A stretch of 63,606 nucleotides of DNA, counting the filler, from Circinaria calcarea (taxonomy: Eukaryota): the NCBI GenBank assembly GCA_051942165.1. It is 14 parts of 14 records of this genome, joined end to end, with 100 filler letters (N's around TTAATTAATTAA, not from the genome) between each part and the next. Parts side by side here need not be neighbours in the genome. Positions count along the whole stretch, not along the records: positions 36,457 to 40,906 come from JAVECS010002325.1; positions 41,007 to 45,454 come from JAVECS010002326.1; positions 45,555 to 49,995 come from JAVECS010002327.1; positions 50,096 to 54,533 come from JAVECS010002328.1; 10 more parts are not named here. The stretch is one strand, 5' to 3'. Of the stretch, positions 40,301 to 51,387 are shown in pieces. The translations under genes and the position numbers were made by a program. The notes under the pieces are model-generated. The model did no database searches. It saw only the letters and a program-made list of their open reading frames with translations, and was not told the origin of the DNA. Positions within the stretch are counted from its first letter, which is position 1, and the number at the start of each line of letters is the position of its first letter.

Positions 40301-40753
40301 ATTGTCAGTGATACTCCAGCCGGTGTTTTTCTTGATGCCCTCTTCCGTCAGAGTTTCGACAAATAACACCATTACCTTGGTTGGCCGTCCGGTGTATTTT
40401 TGAGTCCAGCAACGCGAGTTGTAGGGTACACGAGCTTTGCGTAGTCGCTCTTGGTTCAAAGCGTTTTTATTGGGTAATGGCGTTCCTGGTGGCTGACGTG
40501 CCCAAATATCCAGGTAAGTCATATGCTTGTGTTTCCTGAACAACACCTCACGTGCGACAGGGTGTATCTTATCAGGCAGCTCTAATGGTAGAGAGTTGAA
40601 CTCCCTTTTCTTGTCTCCCTTGGTGTCATAAACCTCTAGTCCAGTCGTAGGATCAATGAGGTTTCCTGGTGGCTTCTGGTTGTACCAATCGGGGTGTGGA
40701 TCCAGTTGCCCCAGGATTGCATCGGGATCCAAAGGGTCAATGAAAGCAGCCAT
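37397..40753 (-). CDS. Orphan ~1,064-aa probable nuclear protein (four exons)
   Basis: Exons 40753-39974, 39922-39767, 39718-39479 and 39415-37397 join in phase 0 through GT-AG introns into one open frame. NLS-like RKRR and KRKR..KKR; long disordered S/T/P/D-rich C-terminus. Confidence 0.75.
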
Positions 40754-41006
40754 TCTATCTTCTTGAGGCAAAGATATGATCTGGCTCTGATGGGTAAAGA
40801 AACTCCTTGATGTAAGGAGGCTGATGGTAAGGGAAGATCTTGAAGGACCAAGAGTTAGAAGAGAGATTCGAGATGCAGGACGAGAGAAGATGATGAAGTA
40901 GAGTGTNNNNNNNNNNNNNNNNNNNNNNNNNNNNNNNNNNNNNNNNNNNNTTAATTAATTAANNNNNNNNNNNNNNNNNNNNNNNNNNNNNNNNNNNNNN
41001 NNNNNN

Positions 41007-42631
41007 TTCGTCGGCCTAGGCATTTATAGGCTGTATTTAAGCCCGATTGCAAATTTCCCAGGACCTAAGCTGGCAGCCGCGACATATCTATATGAGATTT
41101 ACTACGACGTGATAAAGAGGGGCAAATACACATTCAAGATTAGAGACTTGCATGCTATATATGGTCAGTCTCGATCACCTTCTATCAGCGTAGGAGTTGG
41201 AAAAGGATTGCTAACCTCAAAGACTTCAGGACCTATTATTCGTATTAGTCCTACCGAGCTGCACATTAATGATCCCGACTACTATGACAGCCTCTATAAT
41301 CGAGAAGGCAAGTGGGAGAAGAACCCGTTCTATGTGAATTCGTTTGGGAACACTGTCTCAGGATTCGGCACGGTTAATCACGATCTCCATCGCTTGCGGC
41401 GAGCAGCCATCAATCCGTTCTTCTCCAAGCAGAAAGTCGCGCAATTGCAACCAGTCATACAACGGCTGGCCGATAAGCTCTGCAGGAAGTTGGAAAGGAT
41501 TAGAGAGACCGACGAGGTTGTGCCAATAGAGTGCGCCTTTGATGCTTTTACAATGGACGTCATCACGGAGTACTCCCTTGACACGAACTTCGGCTACCTC
41601 GATCATCCTGGATGGAGTAGCGACTTCCGCGAGTTAGAGCGAGGGTTCGGAGAGATGGGCTATCTACAGAAACTTTTTCCACCGTTGCTTGATATTATGA
41701 ACAGCTTACCTAACTGGCTGGTCCTTTTATTGAACCCGAAGTTCAAATTGTTACTAGACTTCTTCAGAGACTGCAATGCAATCGCCAAGAAAATGTTGAC
41801 CGAGACGGATAACAAGAAGTATCAGGAGAAGGAGCACCCGACCGTCTTCTACGAGATCATTCACTCTGACTTACCGCCAACGGAAAAAACGCCGAAACGT
41901 CTAGAGGGAGAAGCGGCAGCCATACTCGGTGCTGGAGCCGTTACTACTGCGTGGACGCTCACTGTAGCCATGTACCATCTCACAGTGCAGCCGCAGAAGC
42001 TGGAACGACTACAAGGCGAGATCAGATCGATCATGCGGGATCCGCACCAGCCAGCTAATCTACAACAGCTTGAACAGCTCCCATATTTGACGTCTGTAAT
42101 CATGGAAAGTCTTCGGCTCAGTAACGGCGTTTCTACTCGGCTCGCCCGTGTTGCGCCGGACCGCAGCATCTACTTCCGAGATTGGGAGATTCCGAAGGGT
42201 ACGCCCGTAGGCATGACGTCTACACTTATTCACCAGAATCCCGACATCTTCCCGCAGCCTCTGGATTTCATTCCCGAGCGTTGGCTCGATCTGCAAGACA
42301 GAAAGCGGATGGAACGGTATCTAGTACCGTTTTCCAAAGGCACCAGGCAGTGTGCTGGTATCAAGTAAGTTCGGCACGCATCTCTTTAACTATGGCACCC
42401 TATGACAAGATTGAACCGCCTCACTGTTCCAATTCCCTATAACTAGAAGTCACGAACTAACGAGAATAAAGTCTCGCCTGGGCGGAACTTTATATAATGA
42501 TGGCTTCGATCTGTACCAGAGTCAACCTGGAATTATACGAGACAACGAGGGATGATGTGGACATCTATAGTGATATGCTTATTGCTGAGCCGAAGAGATA
42601 TGTAAACGGTGTCAGATTTCGGGTCAAATAA
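41007..42631 (+). CDS. Cytochrome P450 (CYP58/trichodiene-oxygenase-like), 5'-truncated
   Basis: FPGPKLAAAT, GPIIRISP, AGAVTT I-helix, ESLR, PERW, heme motif FSKGTRQCAG; introns 41164-41229 and 42365-42471. Confidence 0.95.
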
Positions 42632-44693
42632 GTTATCGGGAAACTACAAGAATGCCCTGAAACGAAATGAAAGGGGTTTTATTCGGCGGGAGATTTTCCG
42701 AACCGAAGCAAAATTTTGCGGTATTCGCACTCTGGCCTCAAAATTGGCTTAAAAAGGTTTAGTTTTTTTACTCGATTAAGCCTAGTTTTTACCCTGTGAA
42801 GGAAAAAAATTACTACATTCAGCGTAGCGTATCTTGCTTTATACTGAGCTTTATGCCGTTTTTATGCTGCCATGCCCGCGTACTATGCTATGCTGCGTGG
42901 TATAGAAAGCGGGACGGGCCACCAACCCAAATCGCCAAAAAACCAGCGCTATTAGGACTTGAACCTAATTTGATTGGTAAACCCAACCCGTCCACCACCT
43001 GACCGCGTTACACGCGGGTGCAAAACAAATGCGATATAACCCATCCCATAGCTTAGCGACATCTCGCACTACCATTAGTGGGGGATTATCGCTAAGCTTA
43101 GGGGGGGAAATTGTCGCTAAAAGGTGTTATGGAGCTCTGTCGTAATTTTCTCTTTCACCCCGCTGTGTCGGGCTGTTATGGTACTCGGGGGCGAGATCAA
43201 TTGCACAGGATTACAGGGGGCAGGGCATGTGGGGTCCGAAAAGTCTGTTGGGCACTTCGATTCGAGCAGCGGACATGTAGTTAGTAACGGGTATCTTATT
43301 TCATGTTCCTCCTTAGCTCCCCAAAGTCCCATTGAATCCACCTTCGGTCTTCCGGTACGAAAGCTCCATGAATTCGAAACCCTTTGCTTCTCGGGCCCCT
43401 CCCAGCTTCCAAACCGTTCGTATGATAGGATAGATAAGCCCTTCATCTCGACTACCTACATCATAGCTAACTAGAATATCTCGCCATCATCTCGTATTTT
43501 TTGTGGTCCTTCGTGTCACCGCACCCCTTCTCTTCGAATCTATCTGTTGTGACCTCGCCAGGTTTTCGCTGAAACGCTGCAGAAGCGATATCTGTGGATG
43601 GGGATTCGGAGGGAATAGAGAACAAGTCCGTGGGAGGGCAGAGGTCCGGGATGGCTGCGTCGTTAGATCTAGTATGCTGGCCCAAAAAAAAAAAAAAAAA
43701 AAGGTGAACATGTGGCCGTCACAACCATCGATCGGATTTGGTGTTTTGCTGATAACCGTTTCGGCGCATGCCTCTCTTTATCATGATCGTCCCTTGGGGT
43801 TCTCTGGCAATTCACTTTTCACCGAGTCCTTTCACTCCCTTCCGTTTCTAGCTCAGGAGAGAACGGATCGATACGATCGTGAGCCTCGGTTTGTGCCTTT
43901 CTCCACTTCAACATCGATTCTGTATGCCCCTCAGCGTTGTTTCTTCCATTCACCCAATAAAATGCCGTTCTTTTGTCAAGCAGCTCCCCCTAGTCTTCTC
44001 GTAAATGCTTGGCTGCACCCCTCACCTCTTCTTTAATGGCCTCCAAGTGAGTAGTACAAAGGAGAACGCAAAGGAACTCGTGCTGACACTCGATCGGAGG
44101 CTACCAAGAACCTTCATGAATAAGAAAAGCTATGTACAAGTGGATTATCCCCAGAGGTCCAAGGAAAGCGGATTTTATACATTATAGCAGCCCTACTCTG
44201 CTTTACACAACCCCTCTCGACCTTCCGAACAATTATATACCCCTATTCCTCCCAGCCAATGACCAATCCTGACAAACTCGGTGTAGCTCCAGCTACCCTT
44301 ATGTACGCAATCTTTTCCCTCGATCCCTTGGTTTCCTCCATGTCCTCTTCCTGCCACACTCTTACCTCCATTACCTGGGTATCAGAAGCTTCCAAACAAA
44401 GCTCGAAAAACACTTCAAAAAGACCGCCGAGCCTACTTGAGCTCAGTCACGAGCCGGATTACTGAAAACAAAAAATCCTTCAGCTTCGACGCTGATGTGA
44501 GAAGCAAACCTCCGACTCCCACAACACCCACCGTACGCAGTAGTAATAAGCCGAAATAACAAGAGCGTCTTCGATCAACTCATGAACGTAGCGATGCCCA
44601 GGACTCCAACTCTTCGCAGTTTTGGACGAACGTCGAGTAGCGTCTGAAAGTGGACGATTGGATTGCGTCGGATAACCAAATGAAAGCAGTGGA

Positions 44694-45454
44694 TTACCGC
44701 TCTTCACCTGCCCTTGCCCTCCCTCTTCTCCGGAAGAAGTCCATCACCCTCTTCGCAGCGCCTGAACTTCCCGCATGATGTCCCGGATCACGGTCCTGGT
44801 CATAGGCGTCTGCAAATTTCCTGGTGTTCTTCTGCAACACGCCGGGACCTCGCCCATTCCGACCTTGCTGCATCGATGGTCGCGGCGGTTCCTCGTAGCT
44901 ATCGAGCCCGGGGGGATATTGCGGTCTCTGCTGTTGAGGCCGACCAATCGAAACTTCTGAATCTGTGCGAAGTCCAGATTCACTGATGAAATAGGATTGC
45001 CCCAGTTGAGGTGGTCTCGACGCCTGACCTGCTTGCTGGTACGGAGCATTCTGTAGAGGTCCAAAGTGGGTTGGCTGCGAAGATAAGGGCTGGGTTGCAT
45101 TACGAATCTGGGGGTTCTCAAATCTGGGCTGAGGAGCTGATGCTTGACGACTGCGGTCTCTTGAGCCATCATAGACTGGCATATTCTCTTCACTCTGGCT
45201 CGGACTAAATCTTTGAGCGTAAGCCATACCCTGTTGACTAGAGGTACCACGCGCCGACTGTTGATTCTCATGACCGATTGATGCTTTACGCTGAGGGGTA
45301 GGTCTTGAGGCATCAGACGCTTGCTCTTTTGAGCTATTGGCGGAGCTCTTGAACGAGAATGAGGCCGGGAGCAGCGAAAACCTCCGGGAGGCTTTGTCTT
45401 GTTTCTCATGCCTGCTGAGATCGCTGTTTTTCCTCCCAAAACTGAAAGAGGGAC
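44694..45454 (-). CDS. KIN4: Kin4/Ppk1-like Ser/Thr kinase, C-terminal tail only
   Basis: Frame open from the contig end with RRFSLLPASFS and GVLQKNTRKFADAY...GSSGAAKRVMDFFRRR, which I recognise from filamentous-fungal Kin4-type kinases. The kinase domain is not in the window. Confidence 0.72.
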
Positions 45455-45554
45455 NNNNNNNNNNNNNNNNNNNNNNNNNNNNNNNNNNNNNNNNNNNNTT
45501 AATTAATTAANNNNNNNNNNNNNNNNNNNNNNNNNNNNNNNNNNNNNNNNNNNN

Positions 45555-47290
45555 GCCCCTTCCCCGCCCCGCCCTCCTTCCTTTCCACCGCCTAAGCCTT
45601 GGCGACAGACATAGCACATGGAGTAGCCGCAGACACACATCATTTTGTTGCAGCCGCTGTCCTTGACGAAGCCGAGGCCGCAGCGAGGACAGGTACGCTT
45701 GAGGGCGGCGGTGCGGGCGGCCTCGACAGTAGTGCGGAGGGAGAGGTGGGCGGATTCGTGGCAGATGTGAGGGTCACGCCAGGGCTTTTGGCAGAGGAGG
45801 CAACTGGTTGCGAGGCAGGAGGGAGAGCGACATTGGAAGCGCGGGGAGAGGTGGGTGGTGCGGGTTAGAGTTCGGAGGGAGTTAGAAAAGAGGGTTTGGA
45901 GGGTTTGGAGGGTTGGGAGGGGAAGGACAAGAGTGAGGATGGTGTAGCAGAGGAGGAGAGGGAAGAAGTTGAAGGCAAGGAAGAGGAGTAACAGGGTTTG
46001 AAGGGGGTGAGATGTGTTGAGGCGATAGCGAAGGGTGGAAGGGGGAAGGTAGAGGTCGTCGAATTCGGCGTAGGGGCAGAAAGGGCAGCGAATTAGTGGG
46101 GCTTGGGACTTGAGGATGGCCTCGTCTGCGAGGCGAGAAGAAAGCTTCTGCCATGTTTGAGGGCCGCCTTTGGTACCGGCGATAGCGCGGTGAGCGAGTG
46201 AGTGCGGTATACAGCCTCTGCAGGGAGTCGAGGATGTGGGTGCGAGGCAAGCCATTTGGCCGCGGGTATGATCAATGTTGAGACCCCAGGATTGTCCATA
46301 GAGGGCTTCCGATGCAGCATGCTGGATGCATGTGAAGCAAACTGTGTGGGCTCCGGCAGTACAGGTAGCCATACGTTCGAAGGTAGTGCTGGAGAAGCAG
46401 CATTCGCACTCATGGAGAGCGTCGGCTTCCTCAGCTTCCTGCTCATTGATAGTAACAGCAACCTCTAAGTCTTGAGCCTCAATATCTTGCTTTCTCTGAT
46501 CGAGAATGGGCTTCAAGACGGTGTTATATAACTCCATATCAAGCTCTCCGTTTCCAGACTCCTTCAAAGTCGGCGCAATCAATAAACTCCGATCCCGTGG
46601 GCCATTCCACACAAGCATGAAGTGGTCCCTCGGATATGGCGGTCCGGACTTCTTCCATTTCGACAAGATCGTACCAAGGCTGATTCTCCAGCTCTTTGCC
46701 GCGAGGCCCAATAGAACTAGTCTTGAAGAGGTATATGAGTGATTTTGCTCCGCCAGTACACCATCGACTGTGCTCTTGCTCAGATTCTTGAATTCCTGGC
46801 ACAGCATAGACCGCACGGCTTGTTTGTAGCTCTCTGTCCTGAATTGCTCTTCCACCGGCAAGATGCCAGTACCCGAACTGTCAGCCCTCGCATCTGACGG
46901 CTCCTCCACCTCGTAAATCTCCTTTGGTGTATTAGGCTCAGTTCCCTTGGAAGGTATACGCCATCTGTCTTTCACCCATTTGGCCTTGTGTTTGAGTAGC
47001 TGTTCCGCAACGATTTGTAATCGACTCTCCCCACTAAAGGTAGTGAGCATCTCACGGAAGACTTCAGGACAGACATCGGGGAAGATGGCAGCCAGAGCAG
47101 CCAATGATTCGTTGAGATCGGTGAGGTCTGGCTGGATTGGTTTTGTAGCCGTAGCATCTCTGGGCAGCACTGTGGCTTGAGAAAGAGATGTTACTGATTT
47201 TGTCGATGATGAGCGGCGGAACAAACGGCGGCGAACTTGGGGTGACCTTGACGGATCTGATGTAGTAGGACGGAAGACTGAGAAGACCAT
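45555..47290 (-). CDS. RBR (RING-IBR-RING) E3 ubiquitin ligase, RNF216/TRIAD3-like, with CUE-like N-terminal motif; 3'-truncated
   Basis: LAAIFPDV CUE-like; RING1 ECECCF..C...H.VC..C; IBR CPFC...C..P.C...SC..C...H.C; RING2 CPRC...FVKDSGCNKMMCVCGYSMCYVC. Confidence 0.9.
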
Positions 47291-47419
47291 CGCAGATGAT
47301 GGTTCTAAGGGAGGACTACATGATGTAGATGTTGGGTCTTGATCCCAGCTTCCGCTCAGTAGTATGATTGTCAGATGAAGTAAGTTTGAATTCTCTGTGG
47401 TGGTTTTTGTTGAATGGGT

Positions 47420-47425
47420 TATATA
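47420..47425 (+). promoter_or_regulatory. Candidate upstream TATA element of the tRNA gene
   Basis: TATATA about 30 bp upstream of the tRNA 5' end at 47453. Confidence 0.45.
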
Positions 47426-47452
47426 TGTCTTTAAGATAATTCGCTTATTATT

Positions 47453-47664
47453 GGCCGCGTGGTTTGTACAATTCAGAATCGAGTTTTCAAGTTATTCCTA
47501 CTGACAGTTCGATTAGGTCTAGTGGTATGATTGTCGCTTCGGGTTTATTGGCCTGAGTATCGCAGATGCTCTTGTATGTGACAGGCCCCGGGTTCAAATA
47601 AGTCTCCCTATCATGTCACAATCTATACTCTCCGCTAATTGTTGATTAAATCCCGGCGCGGCCC
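47453..47664 (+). tRNA. tRNA-Pro-CGG: tRNA-Pro(CGG) split by three introns: 47462-47516 (spliceosomal-like GT-AG), 47544-47576 (canonical 37/38) and 47598-47649 (spliceosomal-like AT-AA)
   Basis: Joined exons give the 72-nt sequence GGCCGCG TG GTCTAGTGGTATGAT T GTCGC TTCGGGT GTGAC AGGCC CCGGG TTCAAAT CCCGG CGCGGCC C. It has a 7/7 acceptor stem, a 5-bp anticodon stem (one G-U) and a 5/5 T stem, and closely resembles eukaryotic tRNA-Pro. Confidence 0.9.
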
Positions 47665-47676
47665 AATATAAAATGA

Positions 47677-47682
47677 TTTTTT
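47677..47682 (+). terminator. RNA polymerase III terminator (T6)
   Basis: TTTTTT 12 nt after the tRNA discriminator base. Confidence 0.7.
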
Positions 47683-49072
47683 GGCTTCTTGAAGGATCAA
47701 AAGTCTGTTATTTATTGTCCCATCATTTCAGGGCATCTTGAACCCCGCAAGGGATTCCCCGCAATAGGAAACAACCATTGTATCTTAATTCCATACATGA
47801 GTATGGTTATTTTATGATAAATCAAGCTTGGAGGAGACTCGTCTGTAACTATATTCCTTAAACTACAGTTGCACTTCTTGGACTGGCCTGATGATAACGA
47901 TTCCCGTGACCGTTTCTCCCTCTCCCCATATCCGTGTAAAGGCGCCAATAATATTACACGAGTACTCTTAAAGTCTTATACGACCTATGGCACTCGGGGA
48001 GAGCTAGTGCATGAAACCATCGCACTTTTCTACAGTGTCCAAGAAAATAAAGACGTCCTTACTCATCCACCAGAAACCGTCTGACCAGAAAGTTTACGCT
48101 TACGAAACCCAACTTCGCCTCATTTTTCAGAGTCTACTCCTGCCACTCTCTCCACCCACTCGCCCTCTCCCTCGCCCTCTCCCTCTTCTTATCCACAGTA
48201 CCGCTTTTCCACCCTCAACGCAACTAAGCGGAATACAGTACCAACATGGCCTATGTAGTGGCCTTCACAATCCAAACGGCTAAAAGATATCGAGATAGCC
48301 GCCACGAAGCCCCTCGGCACGTTGGTTGAATTAAACCCGATAAACCGAGCCTAGCTTAGCATGGATGGAGAGGAGGCGGACAGTGAAGAGATGGCCGCGA
48401 AGTAGGATGGGAATGATGGCAGAGAAAGGGAGGTCGTTTGGGTCTCAAAGCGCCACCAGTATCATTAGAATTATTTCGTATTCCGGTTATCGCACCGAAG
48501 CCAGGGTTCCTGCTAGTAGCAGTATTCCGGAGGATCTGGGCTTTAGCCTATTTGGACCTCCAAACTGGGCAGAGGTCGCTCTTCTAAATATGAAATTAGG
48601 CGGGCGTCGCTGCTATATAGTATAGGTTAGGCTGAGCGGGCGAACACAGGCATAGCAAGGATCCGAGGTTGAGAAGGAGTAATAGGGCCAAGGGCAAAAT
48701 GGCGAGGGTAGGGGTGGAGTCTAGTGGAGGGCTCGGTTAGTAGCTTGAGTGGGTGTTTACGAACGTTCAGTGAGATGGCATGTTGGAGGGTCAAGAGGGT
48801 GGTATTTCACGCTCGGATAGCTAATGTGAAACGTTACTATACTTTGAAGCTGCTAGCTACTCCAAGTTGGGCGGAGCTATTCGAGGTACTGCAACAACGA
48901 ACTTCCCTTTCTTCGATTCCAAGCATAGATGAGTATGTTGAATACTTGAGCTCGCAAAAAGTGGCTCTGGGTGCTTTGTCTCGGGTTGTTCAAAAGCGAA
49001 GCATCTAAGCTTCTTTCTCAGATCTCTCCTAGCTAAATCAACATTTGAAAATGAAACTTGGAGAAAACGAAC

Positions 49073-49616
49073 TCACTGCCCGCTTGGTGTAGTGAGAGAA
49101 AAGCGGCCTCTGGTAATCTTCATACATCTCCCAGGCCGATACTTTCCTGTGAAGAAATCAACTTCCTTTAGGTCCAACCCTAGGTTATAGAATTTCTGTC
49201 GCATGTGGTTGTTAGCCGTCAAGGTTAAGTTCGGTGTCTGCTGATTCTTACGAAACACCCGCAGTAATCGCTCTTCCCAGCCCCTCCGTCTATACATCCA
49301 CCTTTGCAGTAAGCCTGGTATTCAATCTTACTCTGGAAGCTGTCGTGGCAAAAAAAGAGGTAGTTGTCGATGGCGTTTTGATCGAGTGGTGATGCCGGAC
49401 AGTGATCGACAACCGCTCTAAGGTTACCGTACCCGTATCCTAGAACAAGAAATGGTGTATAAGTATCATATACTTTGTAGGGGGGAGAAGAGCACGAGAA
49501 CCTTTTTGGCTCACAAGCGTCTTGCCACAGTAGTAGACTCCTCCCTTGCAAGAATAACCCGCAAGCCCACCACTAGCCAAAGTGAGGGCTGGGAGCATTA
49601 AGTTTGACAGATGCAT
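49073..49616 (-). CDS. Small secreted cysteine-rich protein (effector-like)
   Basis: MHLSNLMLPALTLASGGLA signal peptide; CKGGVYYCGKTL | ...LFFC...YCKGGCIDGGAGKSDYCGC; introns 49501-49440 and probably 49251-49196 (stop at 49225 if the second is retained). Confidence 0.75.
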
Positions 49617-51387
49617 GTTGATTTGGGGCTGGCAGGCACAATATCACTCAAGCAATTGGAATCAACAAAGGGTGTTGGGAGAAGAGAAACGTCTTGAGCC
49701 AAAGAGCTTTCTTTATGCTACCGCCATCAACCTCCTCATATGGAAATAACAAGAAGCTGTTGCAAGAGATTTGATCGGCCTTGGTCGGCCGAGTTGCTCT
49801 CCAACCGGACTTGTTCGTTGTGCAAGCCGTTGGCGTCACACAGTGGTGTGTAGGAGCAAACTAGATTGTAATGACCTTTTGTCATATAGAGTCTCTTGAG
49901 AAATGCGATCAAATCAAAATACTGGTGGACAAGGCTAAAGCGCGTACAGAGGCATGCATAGTCCGTAACTGCCTTCGTATACAAAAGACCTTGGCNNNNN
50001 NNNNNNNNNNNNNNNNNNNNNNNNNNNNNNNNNNNNNNNTTAATTAATTAANNNNNNNNNNNNNNNNNNNNNNNNNNNNNNNNNNNNNNNNNNNNATTAT
50101 ATACACCCCGGACTTAGGATTTCTAATTGCTGTTTTCGGTCGGGAAAGAGAGCAGGGCCGCTTTAGAGAGAGTATTGAGGGAGTAAGGGGGAAGCACCGG
50201 AGGAGCGAGCATTGGGGGAGCAGGAGGGAGCATAAGGGGACAGTGCAGGGGCGCAGTAGCGGGAGCCTGAAATGGCTCTATCGACATCGGTTTGAGCTGC
50301 CCTCGTTATTTTCTGCTGTCTATTATGATCGCATGCCGAATGATTCAACTTTCCACTGTTTTAGTACACTGGCTGCTTTTGAAAATTCAGAATTCTATAG
50401 ATACACAATCGATTTGTCTGTATTGCTTACAACCATAATCAAAAAAATTAACGCGGCTTTAAGCAAACTCGGAACGCCCACTCCGCGAAGGATTAGACAG
50501 GGAATAATGGATGTGTACAGACTGCTAATACTATAGGTGACCGCGTCGAGCAACTTTGAAAACAAATTTATAATAACCCTCTATCCTTAATGCCTGTAAG
50601 TAGCACTATCTCTGTGGCTTTATTTACACACAGGCCCTCCCAATATTGGTAGCGGGGCAGCCGCAGACGCGGACTGGGGTAGTACAAGTGGCACTCATTG
50701 ACATTGCACGTTCTAGTACAGGCCTAAAAGAAAATGAGAAATTGGGCTGTGGTTGGTTTTTTTGGGGATAAGCTTACCCTTCAGAAAGGAGGTGCATTAC
50801 AGGGAGGGCGCTACGTCTTCAATCGGCTACACGATATAACCGGAATGTATGTATGATAAAGTGTTACTGAAATACTATGGAAATGCTGTGAGATCTTGCT
50901 TCTGTGTTATGTGTAGTGTGTGTGAGATGTGTGTGAAAGAATACTCGGGGGATCCCTGAGATATGGAAGGAAAAAGGCGTTTAATTAACATTATTTCCCC
51001 GCTATCTCCTCCACGCGTTCCAATTATAAAATTCGCTAATTTTCGGCCATTTTAGCGAAGGCGTTTTTCACCCGCTCCCGCATTATATCCGCTCCCGTAA
51101 TAATTTTTATTACGTAAATAACTATTGATTTTTCCTTCCCGTCGCGTCAGCATAATTGAGTATATATTGCCGCTGAAAATAATTGGCTGGTATTACTGCG
51201 AGTGGGTATATTAATTGGCATTAATTGGTGCGCTTCGCATTAAACGTTATATAAAGGCGTTCAATATTAGCCAAGGAAACTAATGATTCAATGTCGACTT
51301 TATTCTATGCCTGGCTTTGTTTATATAAGTCTGCTATGGCTGCTTGTTTGCTGGGTAGGGATATATCGCGTGGTAGAACTTCGCGCC

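Noticed and set aside
42660..43120. AT-rich tract after the P450, possibly a transposon end
   Set aside because: No terminal repeat pair, target duplication or transposase remnant could be identified by eye.
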